Of a DNA stretch of 64,000 nt, positions 1 to 13,149 are shown in pieces. The notes below the pieces were generated by a model. That model was not told the DNA's origin and searched no databases. It saw nothing but the letters and a program-made list of their open reading frames with translations. Source of the DNA: Dicyema japonicum (Eukaryota > Animalia > Dicyemida); the NCBI GenBank assembly GCA_011109175.1, contig RDEW01000019.1:858921-922920 (forward strand). The letters are read 5' to 3'. Every line of letters begins with the position of its first letter. Position 1 is the stretch's first letter. Position numbers and translations under genes: made by a program.

Positions 1-125
1 GGGCAGAGGGTTCAATTGGACAATGCGCTCTCGGAGTTGTTTCAGCAACCAGAATCGAACCTGCTTGAGGAGGCTGGCTAACAGGCAGGCGAGGATGGAT
101 GTTGATTAAATATATTAACTTCTTT
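1..125 (+). mobile_element. 3' end of an R4/Dong-type (REL endonuclease) non-LTR element
   Basis: Near-identical inverted copy of 3186-3300, which is the 3' end of the R4/Dong-type element below. Confidence 0.7.
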
Positions 126-699
126 ATTGTTTGTTAAATAAAGTGGGGTGTTTATGTAATTTTGTTTTAAGACCACGTGGAGTCAACGTTAGTGTGGTGT
201 TATTTGGGTACTTGAATTGAAGATTTTTTGTTTGTGTCTACTGTTCTTACTTTTCCTGCTTGAATTTTTTGTGCGTCATGTGGTTCACCATCTCTGGTGG
301 TGCCGGATATAATCCTAAATTATATCCAAAAAGGACTATTAGTCAATAACCATCCAGAGGAGTTCCCCTGGACGGCGCTTCCTTAAAGTCAGATAATGCG
401 AAGATTGCTGAGGGAGCCCGGGATCACCTGATTTTTTCGTTCTGGCTATGACGGTGTTTTTTTGGTTCAATGATTTAAAAAAAATAAATATTGACGAGGT
501 TACTATTGAAAGTGGGATTTTGTAAGGAGTATGTCGCCGCTGCTCAGTATGTTCGCCGCTGTAGACGCATCTAGAAGACCCTGAAAGGACCAAGGCATCA
601 CTCCTTTGCTAGACTCACTAAATGCACGAAATTTGTTTCAAACATTGAATAAGTATGCAATTTCATTGGTTTATTACGTGAGGGGTAATTGAGTTTGAG

Positions 700-830
700 T
701 GAGTACGATGACATTGACCCTATGATCAGACAAGTATTAAGGGAGAACCATCTCCGAGCTGCAAATAAAAAGAGGCTCTATTTACCACGTGTTGAATTCA
801 GTTGATGGTTTTGTGGATCAACTTACCTGA
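700..830 (+). mobile_element. R4/Dong-type RT C-terminal fragment
   Basis: DPMIRQVLRENHLRAANKKRLYLPR matches the RLYLPR motif of this clade. Confidence 0.5.
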
Positions 831-1519
831 GCGAGCGAATCTTCAATAAGCTGCAATCACTTGGCGCTTCCTTAAAGTGCGAGTATGAGAAGACTGCTGA
901 AGGTGGCCGGGATCACCTAAATTTTTTTCATTCTGGATATGAGGGTGTTTTTCTGCTTAAATAGATTTAAATTTAATTCGTAAAATTTTAATGTACTCGA
1001 ATTAATTATAATCACAAGCATCTTACATGAAAACATGTCTCCTACAAGTTTGGGGGCCATGGTTACTTAACTAACATGATCGTAAAAATAGATAACATAT
1101 TGGTTAGTGCTGTCGCCCGGTTTTTGATAGCTCTGAGTTCTAATCACTGACTGATACCTACCTAGCCTAATGGATTCAGTTTTGATCTGCGTCTTCTTTA
1201 AATCCTAAGATACGTTAAAAATTAATTATCAATGGTAGCAACCGGTCTTCTTGGTTGAACGTAACTTCTGATAGAAAATATCCTGGCGAATTTTCTAAAA
1301 TTGAATCTTTTGTAAAAGAAATATTTCAAACTAACACGTTTATCATTTTTTATTACTACAATGAAGTCTCTCTAATTGGCCAACATATGGCTAAATGTTG
1401 TTCAAAAACGACAATTTTCCTAAGAAATTGGCCAATTCTAATATTAGTAAAAATTTATTTACTAATCTTTTTCAATAATTTTATTAAAAAATCGAAATTT
1501 CAAACTAAAAATTTTACCT

Positions 1520-2625
1520 AAAACCTGGACGGTCGAAGTACTCATTAGCTTCGTACAAACCAATATCTCTCATGTGTGCCACCTCCAAAATCCTGGATAA
1601 ACTCATTCTCAATCTGATTAAACATTACCTCCCAGACGTATCCTTCCAACATGGATTTAAAAAGGCTCGTTCCACAACTACCCATCTTACCTGCCTACAA
1701 AATTCATCAAGGAAGGCCTTCACGCAAACCTCGGCATCAAAAGACCATTATGTGTTCCATTGACATACAGAAAGCTTTTTACTCAATTCCGAAAAAACTG
1801 CTTACTAGGAAGATCTATGGCTCTAAGATTCCGAACAACCTGAAAATTTGGCTCGCTAACTTCCTCAACAGACAAAAGAGGAAAAGTAATCTCCCATTCC
1901 ACATCTTCAATCACTAAATTTCTATGGAACGGGGTCCCACAAGGATCCCCCTCTCTCCAATTCCATTCAACCTATTCATGAGCGAAATGCCTTCCACACA
2001 GCGGAAAGACCAGTGCATCCACACAGCGGGGACCCGCTTACAAGATTCACTGGATAACTTGAACTGTTGGCTTACGAAGAACCAGCTTTACACAAGTCAT
2101 GAAAAGTCGTGCTCTATGATCTTTACTTCCAATAGAAGATTGACTAACTCGGCGCCTCCATTGACTTTGAATGGAATAACAAACCCCTTCACAAATTCAA
2201 CCAAAATACTGGGGGTCACATATGACCTTCAGCAAACATGTGAGCAACATAATCTCCTCTTCCCAGAGAAAATTAAATTTTGTAAAAACGATACTTGGAT
2301 ACTACAAGAGATGGTTCCACCCAACATTAGATCATCTCTACTACCGATACATACTTCCGTCAATCAGTTACTGCTGCGCGACATAGGGTACTAACATATC
2401 CCACACCAACCTAAAGAAATTAAACTCCTTCCAAGAGACAGTAACGAAAACCATACAAAGATCCTCCTCGTCATTAAAACCAACCCCGTTCAAGGAACTC
2501 GTGAGGAGAACGGGAGCTCAGCCAAAACCCTTAAACTTCCGAAACGTGATTCGTCCATACAGGAATTGTGTCGCCACTCGGGAGGAACACCGAGGAAAGA
2601 TGCTAAAGGGGGCCGGGATCACCTG
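1520..2625 (+). mobile_element. 5'-truncated J1 LINE (RT to 3' end)
   Basis: FQHGFKKARSTTT, SIDIQKAFYSI, PLSPIPFNLFM. Ends EEHRGKMLKGAGIT*. Confidence 0.85.
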
Positions 2626-2759
2626 ACGGCCCCTACCTTCCTTTGTTTTGTCGGTGATTTTTGGTCAAAGATCCAAAGGGTCACCAAGGATCCACGTGAG
2701 ACTGGATGTCTTGAGAGCGCATTGCAATTCAAGCTTCCTAACTTTTAATTTCTTAGAAT

Positions 2760-3185
2760 AATTGTTCCCACTTTATTTAACCAACAATAAAAAGTTGATT
2801 CCACCGCCTGGAGATTTGCGATTCCCCCTTCGAGAGTGGACCGTTTGAACTCCCTCAGGCGGAAAATTATGCACCACACGGACATCCCCATTGGCGACCT
2901 CGTTTCTGATGAGGCAACGTTAAAAAATGGCCAGGGTTTACTACGTTTCTGCAAGGAACTGGGAAACCCACTAAAGGAAAAGGTGGCCCATGCAGAGGAA
3001 TTTCGGTCGGTAATAAAAAAGTGCAGAAGGAAGGAAGAGAAGACGCTTCCGGAATGCGGTTGGATCATCAGAAGACCAAATGAAGAGAGTTCGGATGTTG
3101 TTGGAGGCTGGGATCACTATTTAGTTAGTTTTGACCTATCTTTCCTGGTCATCTTGGGGTTAAATAAATAAATAAATAAAAAGTT
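2760..3185 (+). mobile_element. J1-related LINE 3' end with a (TAAA)n tail
   Basis: GGGATCAC..TTAGTT..GGGGTTAAATAAATAAATAAA terminus shared with other copies (e.g. 44150-44290 minus). Confidence 0.6.
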
Positions 3186-4510
3186 AATATTTAATAATCA
3201 ACAACCTTCCTCGCCTGCATGTTCGCCAGCCTCCTCAGCAGGTTCTATTCTGGTTGCTGAAACACCTCCGAGAGCGCTTTGTCCAATTGAACCCTCTGCC
3301 TATGTGGCATCTTCGGGCTCTGCCTCCTATACTCCAGTGGGTACTAGGACATTTGGCCGAAAGACATTTGGCCTACAGACGTTTAGCCGACAGGATATTT
3401 AGCCGACAATTCAATTAAGCATAAATGATCAAGAAATACACTATGTATTTTAATAATGGTGTGTATGGCTGCTACTTTCAATTTGGGCAGTGTTTATGGC
3501 GAAAATGCAAAATCTAGGACTGCAGGCATGGTATAATGACCCAGCAAATGCAAACTTAATTAAAAGTATTCAAGCACTGGTATTTGTTCCTGTACCTCAA
3601 GTCATTGAGAGTTTCCGCGCGCTCCTTGAAACTATAGATGACGAGACTGATGACGTGTTGGGAGATATTCTGACCTATTTTGAGACAACATGGATCGGAG
3701 CCTTGCAACGTGAAAAGATAAGAAGACCATTGTTTAGTTTGGAAATGTGGAATGTACACGACAGACAGGCAGAAGGCCTTCCAAGAACTACGAATTCACT
3801 TGAAGGATAACACAGATCTTTTTCACAAAGAGTGTCTATAAAACATCCAACCGTTAGTCGGCTTGTTGCAAAAATACGAAAAAAACAGTCAGAGTGGGAG
3901 CTCACAGTAGAACAAGTGATGGCCGGAATAACAATAAGACCAGTAAAGAAGAAGTACCAGGATGTGAACAAAAGGATAAACAGTATTATTGAAAAATAAT
4001 GAATACACTCAGTAGAATTTTTGAGTGCGCTTTCTCATAACCTTTAAGTAAATTTTAACTGTTTGACCTACAGAACAATGAGTATTGATGTAACTTTTTA
4101 ACTCATTTTATTTGATGTTTTTATCTTGAATTTTATCTCTGAATTTTAAAACAATGTGCTAATAAAAATTATGGCATATTTCTTGTTATTTTTGCTAAAT
4201 TTCCTGTAGGCCAAATGTTTGTCGGCCAAATGTCTGGACACCCTCCAGTGTCAGGCTCTCTAGGGTCCGCTTTAATACAGTGGACTGTAGATTGGCCTGG
4301 AGCTTCCTATCAACCCCCAACTGCTTCAGATAACCCTTGTGGTACTTTATTGCAATTCCTTCCCACGTCATTACTATCGGAATAACGAGGACTTTGCAAC
4401 CAAGCATCTGCCCCATCTCGTTTGCAAGCAAGTCATACTTCTTTTTTTCTCTACCTCCACGGTCTGCAAACGGTCTTGAGACGTAATGCCAGTGGTTTAG
4501 ATTTGTTGTT
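3186..4510 (-). mobile_element. 5'-truncated R4/Dong-type element (REL domain) interrupted by a MULE
   Basis: TTGITSQDRLQTVEVEK..KYDLLANEMG..IPIVMTWEG..LQSTVLKRTLESLTL. Removing the MULE and one TSD copy restores ..TLESLTLEYRRQ.. Confidence 0.8.
3340..4242 (+). mobile_element. Non-autonomous MULE/Mutator deletion derivative, 903 bp
   Basis: TIRs GGT..GACATTTGGCCGA..ACATTTGGCCTACAG at both ends. 8-bp TSD CTCCAGTG at 3332-39 and 4243-50. Internal transposase C-terminus (ALVFVP..YFETTWIG..MWNVHDR..LPRTTNSLEG*H) carries a nonsense codon. Confidence 0.9.
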
Positions 4511-5241
4511 AGAAAGACAACTCGCATGGGAGGTTGATGGGGACGTTAATCTTGGTGAATCTTTTTGAGGGTAAAGATATGCCAAAATACGGATTAGGAG
4601 TGGAGTTAAAGTCGTTACATTCTCTGTTTCTGTGTTTTTGGGTAAAATTGTCAATTTTTTTACTAATTTCAGACAGAGATTCAATTCTTTATTCGCCAGA
4701 ACAGATCGACATAATCTTTGGGTATTTTTGAAACAAAGGAGGGGTGAAGGCAACGATTCGTGCTGAACCCACGAGGAATATTTTTTGTCTGCAACAATTA
4801 GAAAAATTTGTGAAGGACTCCAGTGGATTCGAAAGACGGTAAGGAATCATAAGAAAGTTTTGAGAACACGTTTATATAAAAATTCCACTTTTTACAAGGA
4901 CGTTGGTTTATGGTTATAATCGGGTTATGATGGGAGATCATAGATAGCGCCTCAATGAACGACGAGAGTCAGAGATAGAGTACAAAACAAGACATCATGG
5001 TGGGTATTCGAATAAAAAAACTCGGTCTTTCGAAATAGCCGAATCCACAATATCGTACATAATTTGAAGATTGCCTGTTGGAAAACAACCAGGTATGATG
5101 GTGGACGTCAAAAACATCCCCATAGAATAAAAATTTATTCTCCGATAATATTTTCAATGGAGAAAATGGAAATAGGCTAAACTGACTCAGAAAAGTGAAA
5201 CAGTTCTTAATTAACTCCGTACTTGGATATGGTTTCTCCAT
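4511..5241 (-). mobile_element. Ancient APE-LINE remnant
   Basis: FLFYGDVFDVHHHTW and ISHHNPII resemble APE motifs ICGDLNAKHPLW and SDHNPI. Confidence 0.45.
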
Positions 5242-5344
5242 TTTTAATGGAAATTTATATCAATCTACAGAATTAGTTTACTGAAATGAAGCCGTTCGGG
5301 GACCTTTGCTAACGATGATGGTTATATTTTTTCTATTTAATAGT

Positions 5345-5655
5345 AGCCCATTCTGGCATAGTGGTTAGGTGTCGGGCTAAAGTGACTTAGGTTATGGGTT
5401 CGATTCTTGCTGCTGTTCACCTGGTGGAAGGTTCCACGCATCTACGATACCAAAGGGGCTTAACGAGTGACGCCGTCATCAGTGGATACTCACTGCGGAA
5501 CTGGGTTGTCTAGAAAGGACCCACACACAAGAAAAAGAAAAAAGTGAAGATCAATCCTTGGTTCTACGATTAGTAAAAATTAACTGTTCTTTACTTAAAT
5601 AAAGTGTGTGTCCTGCCTATGCGGAGCTATAAATATTATGGCTCTCGTGAAAAGG
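5345..5655 (+). mobile_element. tRNA-derived SINE, about 310 bp, most complete copy
   Basis: A box TGGCATAGTGG (5354-64) and B box GGTTCGATTC (5397-5406). Homologous copies at 5790-5935(-), 15085-15285(+), 27085-27135(-), 40320-40410(-), 41042-41252(+) and 41401-41598(-). Confidence 0.75.
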
Positions 5656-6040
5656 CTGTCATTATTATTATTAGCTTTTTCACGAAAACGAAAAATTTAT
5701 ACCCCGAATATGCAGAACAGATTCTTTATTTTAAAAGTAATGAACATTGTTGGAAGAGCTGTCTTCAACTTCCTTCTTTTGGTTGCGTGCGAGTCGCTGT
5801 AAAATTCGGTTCCTATGTGAAATATTCACTGATGAGAACGTCACTCGTCATGAACTTTCGGCCGGAATGGACAGGAACAAGATTCGAACAGGGAAGCATC
5901 CATATTTTGTCCGACGCTAATGAAACTGGGCAATCGAACTATTAACTGACCTTTAATAATATTCGTATATTCTTTGTTCTGTAAAAATCGTTAATTCGCA
6001 TTATTTAACAAATTTTACGCTTAAATTTTATTAAAATTTT

Positions 6041-6473
6041 ATGGTTTTAGTAATATTTTATTTAGGACGAAACCAGTTATTACAGAGCATCAAAAAGTGT
6101 GGATAAGCGAGGACGCAAGAAGAGCTCTACCATAGTCAAATTTCCCCAAGTTCCACAATTAAATGAAACCATTATAAAAAATGAACTGGAATCAATTATG
6201 ATGTCATTTTTGGAGGCCCATAAATATGACCCTGAAAAATCTTCAGAGTTGTCTATGAAATTAGCAAATAATATCAAGAAATCAGCCAAATTTTACTTAT
6301 GTGAGAGATACAAAATAATAGTCCTCGTGACGATAGGGCAGTCACTCAATACTGAAATGTTTTTTTCGTCAGGATTTCTTGCAGATTACAAAACCGATCG
6401 TTCACTCAGTTACTATTATTCCAATCACGAACTATGTGCATGCTCGTTGGTCCATCTCTCGTTTGTTGAGTGA
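6041..6473 (+). CDS. Tctex-1 family dynein light chain (TCTEX1D/DYNLT2-like)
   Basis: ORF 6099-6473 has Tctex-1 motifs (YDPEKSSELSMKLANNIK, RYKIIVLVTIGQ, C-terminal FVE). The frame stays open back to an AG at 6064-65. ATG at 6041 plus a 22-nt intron (6044-6065, gttttagtaatattttatttag) gives MDETSYYRASKSVDKR... Confidence 0.85.
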
Positions 6474-7099
6474 ATTATTAATATTAAAATTAATATTTTA
6501 AACATTTTAAAAAATTGATAAATTTAAATTTTTCAATAAACTTTACAAACATGAAAAATTAACGTGATCATGTCTGACTTCTCTTCGGATGAACCCTGAC
6601 TCTGTGGGCAGCCAAGTATCACCGATGGTCCTCGAAGGGAACCTCCAAAAATTGGAAGATATCTCAGAGAGGGAAAAGACTTGGATGGACTACAGGAGTT
6701 TGATCGCGGCAGGATAAGTGATGTATGTGTTAGTTTTTCGGGTTGCACATGCTTTTTCATGACCACGGCACAACAAAAATTTATTAATAATTCGCAACAA
6801 TAATTAAAATTCAAAAAACAATTTTGTTGTTAGTTTGATGTTAAATCAAGCTTGTAATTTGTAGTGCAAATTATTATATTTCGTGTTGCCATGTTAATAT
6901 TAGTGTGATAATTTTTGATATCTGAAGGTTGATGCGTTTCTCTATTGCATGAGATTTCTACAATGTTCTCATATTCCTTCTCATAAACTTGATGGACTCT
7001 GGAGAGCAGAAATTCTGAACTAAAGAACATAATGATATAAGGAATTAAGAGAATAAAATTTAGAGTAGTTTGAGAATGATTATATGTCGAAAGCTGGCC

Positions 7100-8640
7100 T
7101 TTTAAGTTAAGTTTCCCTGGCCTTAATAAAAGAGACTATGGGATATCAGTATGGCGTTACAAGTGTCGCTCGCTCCCATAGAATGTTACTTTTTGTATGG
7201 GAGATGGATGCTATATAAGTTTTGGACATTTGAAAATTTGAATTTGCTGTCAGCTCAAAGAGATTGCAAATGAATGCGATCAAGTGTCCAATTAAGAGTA
7301 TTGGGCGCTCTTCGGGAAAGGTTCGAGCTGATTTGCGATAGGATCCTTCTGGGATCTCTATCGAGGGTCAGTTCCGAATTGTCTATTACGGTAGAAAGCA
7401 GTCGACTAGCACTTCTTTCTTTAGGAAAAACGAATGGATCTAGTTGATCTTTTTCTTCGTGGTGGATTTTTAAGATTAAAAATGATTTTTTTAGCATCCC
7501 CCTGCTGCCCATGATCACAGAAACAATATGTATATGATTTCCTGTTTCGGCTATGTCATTGCAAGAATGCAGAGATTCGTTAAGTAACTAAGGAATTGTA
7601 GGCTTCGCATGCATAGCTAATCTTCCATTGGAAGAATGCAAGATTTCCAATCGAGGTGGTCTACATGTGTACGCAGGTTACAGGCGGTAATGATTTGAGG
7701 AGATTTTTTCCGGTTGAACATTAAACTGTCAACAAACAGAAGTTAAACTGTAATAGAGGATTTTGGTGGGGTGGGAGTAAGTCGATTATAAAGTAGCCAT
7801 GATGTTATGAGAACGGTTCGGAGAGGTGGTTTATGGCTATTGAATCCATCGGCGATAAATTCAGTCAGTTTAGTTTGGTGGTAGTCGAATATTGTGGACG
7901 GAATAGATTTATAATAGGTAGATGTGGTTAAGCATAACTCTTTCCAAAATCTTTAAATTGTCACAAAAAATAGAGATAGGGGGTAGATCCTGACTCACAT
8001 TGGTTTTGTGTGGTTTCAGAATAGAAATTATTGTTGATTGTTTCCACAGACAGGGGAATAAGTTTGGAGTTTAAGGAAGCAGTGAAAATTTCCGAGAAGT
8101 GTCTTTTCCCCTCTGGACCAAGATTCTTCAGGTGGAAGCTGCAAATTCCATCTATAAATTCCATTAGGGAGTTCTTATTGATAACTTGTGCTGAAATTAA
8201 GTAGATCAGCAGAAATTGTGCTGGAATTAAAATTTTTCAGAGTAGAGTCGATTGAATTAAAATGGGGTTATGTTTCTTGCCGAAATTCTGCCCATCCCCC
8301 TTATTTATAATTGATACAGTTCTCCCGTTATGTTGCTTCGAATCGAATATTTCGATTGCCAGGAGGATAGGGTTAGGATTTGGTGGAATATCAAATATGA
8401 CATTCCATGGGGTGGACAGTCAGAGGAACATAGATTGGATCTAACAATTTTTTGAGTTTCCAAGCATAAAGCAGTTCTCGTATATTATGGAAATCATTCA
8501 GAACATCAAGGTCCTCAAATTCTGTTGATATGTAGAGACCTCTTTGATCAGACCTATTGCAGGAGAACCATACAGGGTTCTTCAAATTGAAGTCTCCACA
8601 GACAATGAGAAACTAAATGATCCACAGCTCACATATCCGA
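7100..8640 (-). mobile_element. Decayed APE-RT LINE
   Basis: VCGDFNLKNPVW (APE); IDGICSFHLKNLG..TEFIADGFNSHKPPLRT (RT). Confidence 0.7.
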
Positions 8641-9641
8641 TCACTTTAATAAATAATTGGGATGACAGTTACCCTTTCACAGTTCGGCAGGGTGTCTCGT
8701 TGCTCAATTAACCGTTTGCGGGATCCACAATTTTTGAAAAATTCCGGCGCTTAACAGAACGACTGAATTTGACAAAAATACTTACCAATCTAGTTAGTCA
8801 AAATGTACTTTATGTTCGACGACAGTTCGGCAGGGTGTCTCGTTGCTCAATTAACCGTTTGCGGGATCCACAATTTTTAAAAAATTCCGGCGCTTAACAG
8901 AACGGCTGAATTTGACAAAAATACTTACCAATCAAGTTAGTCAAAATGTACTTTATGTTCAACGATCTTTTGATACTCACTCAAAGTTGATTTTTAGAAA
9001 GAATATTGTCGACAATTACCTGGTAGTTGATTTGCCGAAAGCATTCCAAAATAAATTACTATTGCTTATCATCATGCATGAGGTGACACCATGTAAGCTT
9101 ATTATAGATGACTTTTTTAATCAAAATGGAATTGGAGGATTTTGTGGACGGTAGATAATTGCACTTTCTCTGCTTAAATCATGATTATGCCAGAATCAGA
9201 GGACAACTGTGAATAGCGGACGACCTTGATAAAAAACTTTAGCGTGCGAGGAGTAAATTTGACTGAATGTATGACCCTCGACGACTGTTTTTTATTTTAC
9301 TTTAATAAAGCATTTACGAACTGTCAAAAAATATTATGAATTTGTTGCAAAGTTTAAAGTAAATTTTAAAAACCGTCAAGGCAACTGACATTAAATAAAA
9401 TAAATTACTTTAGCATGTCCAAACAAGGGTATTACTTTAATAGACAGCATTTGCTTAATAGTCCATTAAAGTAAATGGTTTACAGTTGACATAAGCATTG
9501 ATTTATTAGTGAACTTTAAGACAATAAATCTGGTTTTATTTAATCCCAGATGACGTAGATGGGTATTTACGAGTCAAATAGAGTTTAGCATAAAAATCAT
9601 TATATTATTCGAAATGTGTTAGTTTGTTAATTTCACTTAAA

Positions 9642-10350
9642 TTACCTTCTCTTGTGATCTTCAGTGCTGTAAAATCGACTCATTACTCGGGGGAATTTCT
9701 CAAGTCTGCTGTAAGCCATTCTCTGATCCTACATCAGTCATAAATCGATTCAAAAAATGATAAAATAATTCTATTCATTTTATATAATCAATAAATCGCG
9801 TCAATGATACCTTATAGGTCCACCAGTTCTTAGGGAAACAACTGATCATGTCCATATAGACAAGGTTCTTTTTAAAGTCATTCTCCCAGGATTGTCGTGA
9901 ATAGACTGTCTTTACATCATTCAAGCGTTTAAGCATTTTACTGTTTTCGTTTGCAATATTTATTGCTGTCTTTCTGTTAAGATCAGCATTTAAACTCAAA
10001 GTAATTTAAATACCACCTTTTTACAGTATAAAATGTTGGCTTCAGGGATGTGCTCTTGTAATCATTGATGCAGTTTATTATTTTCATGTTCATTTTTTCA
10101 TTATTTTCTCGTTCTTCGACGGCTAACTATTTACAATAATTGATATTTCTACTCTCGTTTTCTTGGAGTTGCTTCTCAAATGGGGGAAATCTTGAGGTGG
10201 TCGATTATCCACTGCAGAATATGCATATTTTACCTAAAATAACACAATTTATGCTACTCGGCATCTGTGTTCTAAATATTTTTTATCATCCCATTTTTTC
10301 TGCAAATATTTGCTATGTGATGGAAGATATAAATTGTAAGCCTTGTGCAT
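9642..10350 (-). CDS. CFAP97D2: CFAP97D2-like (KIAA1430/Hemingway domain) ciliary protein, spliced
   Basis: MHKAYNLYLPSHSKYLQKKWDDKKYLEHRCR|VKYAYSAVDNRPPQDFPHLRSNSKKTR|LAVEERE...TVK|SLNADLNRK...YSRQSWENDFKKNLVYMDMISCFPKNWW. Introns: 10234-10257 (24 nt), 10127-10152 (26 nt), 9995-10016 (22 nt). The last intron (about 82 nt) and the terminal exon ending at 9642 are less certain. Confidence 0.8.
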
Positions 10351-10599
10351 TTTATATTTTAGTAAAGTTTATTTAAATAAAACATTTAGGTTAACCAAAC
10401 TATTATTTTCAATTATATTTAATTAAATAAAATATTTATATTATTATATTATTTCCACTACTCCAGCAAATTCAGTGGGCGATCTAAGTAAAGCCGCGTG
10501 GTGCAATGTGGCTACTTGATTGAAGATTTCTGTTCGTTTCGTCTCTTCCTCCTCTCCCCTTTTTTAATGGCTTAGTATGATCAACCTGTCTCAAGTGGT

Positions 10600-11520
10600 G
10601 CCCAGTAAAAAGTATCATTTATTCTCCGCTAATTTACTGGAGGGACTTATTGTCTCGACAGTTGAATATGCTTGTTCCCTGGTGATTTGCCCTTCCCTTT
10701 AGAGGATCCAACATATAAGCTATCTCATGCGTAGAGCCACACAGCTCATCTTCACCAGTTTCCTGTCTGAATAAATGACGCTGAGAATGGCCAGAATTTT
10801 GTAAGGAGCTAGGAAACCCATTCAGATAAGGGGTAACTTATGCAGACAAACTCCGATCGACCATAAAAAAGGGAACCACAAGGCCCTTTCAAAGGGGTTA
10901 TTGGTTGCTGGGTGAACGGGTTAACGTTAGTTTTGCCAACGTTTGTGCCATATGGATAAAACCGATCTCCATATTGACGCTGAACAATTTGGAAGTACTA
11001 CAGGACAGATGGTTCAGAGTCATATTGGGAGACAACTGGGACATATGCTATAAACGGAGTCATCGATGCTACGGGAAACGTTAAACGTTGCACTAATTAG
11101 GGAACACCTGATGGAACGTCGAGGATATTTTGCTAAAATATCCAACTCTCCAGTGCATCCCTTTGGACCAGAAGTCAGATCATATCTGGAATCTTCCCCA
11201 AGATATGAGAAGAAACTTTTTTCTTTATTGAGATTAATCCAGGATTCCAAGACAATTTATAGGAGAAAGCTAGGCTTGGACACCAGGATCACTTAATTAG
11301 GCGATAACTCTTATTCTCGTTCANCCAACTCTCCAGTGCATCCCTTTGGACCAGAAGTCAGATCATATCTGGAATCCTCCCCAAGATATGAGAAGAAACT
11401 TTCCTCTTTATTGAGATTAATCCAGGATTCCAAGACAATTCATAGGAGAAAGCTAGGCTTGGACACCAGGATCACTTAATTAGGCGATAACTCTTATTCT
11501 CGTTCACTTTGTTTCAAGGG
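10600..11520 (+). mobile_element. LINE 3' part (J1-related)
   Basis: STVEYAC motif. The ORF ends ..LDTRIT* followed by TTAATTAG and an AT tail. The terminal part is duplicated across an N. Confidence 0.6.
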
Positions 11521-11589
11521 TTAATGAATTAATTTTTTGAAACCATAATAGTTTTATTAATTGACAAACAGTTAGCAACTAATAAAAAA

Positions 11590-12560
11590 AGACAAAACAT
11601 CAGTTAGCTGCCGCCCTCACTGCGTGGCTGTACCTTCATAGAATTGCGAGCGAAATTCGCTCAAACAGCCAGCGGCGTTCGCGGAGATCTCCAGTGCATG
11701 AGGTGATCCGGTTTCCAAGACGTCCGAAAAACTCTAGTGTAGAGGGGGAGTAGGATCCGGAAGTCTCCATAGCAAGCGGAACAAATTGGACATTATCGGG
11801 AAGGCCGCCGTATTTTTCGAGTTTGGCCTTTTCCGCCTTGACGGCTGCAGAGCAGGCCCTTGAAGCGCACTCGTGAAGATTGTTCGGGGCGAACGTGTCT
11901 GTACATGCTACGTCCCAAACAAGTGGTTTCCCGGCCTCGAAGGTAAATATCGTCATTCTGTCCGGTCGTTTCCCGTCACTTCTGCATAACCCGACCTGTT
12001 CGAGAATGGCTGAATATTCAGCAGCATTCATAGCCCGTTTGACAATCTCAAGCAGCATTCATAGTCCGCTTGACAATCTCATTCAGAGCCTTGTGCCTTA
12101 GAGATCTGCCAGCGCTCCTCTTGCAGGCGAGAGGGGGCAAGCCATGACAGTCTATCAGGATTCCACATCGGCACGGGTGAGGTACACAAACTTTCAGTCC
12201 CAGCCGCATAAAGATACCACTTCTAACGCATTCATTATCCAGAAAGGTGCCCAGAGCTCTATTTGGGGTGCCGTTTAGCCAAGGTCCGCTCTCAGGGGAA
12301 GCCCCCGAAAGCAAACAAGCGTGTCGGTGCTGATTGACTGATTCCAGTAGGAGTCCAAATGATTCACTTCTAACGCATTCATTATCCAGAAAGGTGCCCA
12401 GAGCTCTATTTGGGATGCCGTTTAGCCAAGGTCCGCTCTCAGGGGAAGCCCCCGAAAGCAAACAAGCGTGTCGGTGCTGATTGACTGATTCCAGTAGGAG
12501 TCCAAATGATTTTCAGCACAATAAATTGTCCAGGTTTCGCTGGCAGTCTTGTGAAGGAAG
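11590..12560 (-). mobile_element. CRE 3' half (CCHC and restriction-like endonuclease)
   Basis: SGPWLN.P..LD, RLGLKVCVPHPCRCG, RHKALN, DGKRPD, LVWDVACTDT, FVPLAMETSG, RISLAIL. Confidence 0.9.
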
Positions 12561-13149
12561 CAGGGGGAGGTTAGTTAGCAACTACTAAAAGTTTCTTTCA
12601 GTCAAGGCTGGCCGCTCTAAGAATTGAGAACGCATTTCCCATGACGATATGTAAAAAAATGTCAGCTCATTTATTTCTTATTTTCTTCCTTGCGATAATC
12701 GTGGCTCAACAGGGTCAGTGATCTGCTTCCAATAACTCTTGATGTTTTGACGCCGACTGTTCAAAAATTAATTGTCTACCAAGACATTCGTATTTCTTTT
12801 TTAAGGGTAGGCCTTTCTCGAGACTGATCCTGAATAAATTTCCATTAGTGCGAGGTTAAAGGGGGAGTGGGAATCCACACTGATGCCGTCCCATGTGAAG
12901 TATCAGATTAAATACCAAAATTTGTCTCAAACTTGATTTTTTATAAATAAAAACATACTAAAAAGAAAACTATTCATATTCTATCTATCAAATAAAAAAG
13001 AGAGGTATCGGAATCGAGTTCAATCTATCACATCGAAAAGGGGGAAGCTATCGGAATCGAGTTACCAGATTTGATCATAGAAACGCAGTCAAAAAGACTG
13101 AAGAGGGCAGGACTCTCTGACAAAAATATTTTCAATTGGATTGAGTCAA

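Noticed and set aside
1-3300. Long inverted repeat (1-125 vs 3186-3300) suggesting a DNA transposon
   Set aside because: Both arms are 3' ends of the same R4/Dong-type retroelement inserted in opposite orientations. No TSD or transposase links them.
5345-5420. tRNA gene
   Set aside because: A and B boxes are present but there is no acceptor-stem closure or anticodon arm, and homology continues for about 230 nt in dispersed copies, so it is a SINE.
5828-5860. CTGATGAG hammerhead-like cores (also at about 25420)
   Set aside because: No GAAA or stem III pairing. They lie in antisense SINE and CRE sequence.
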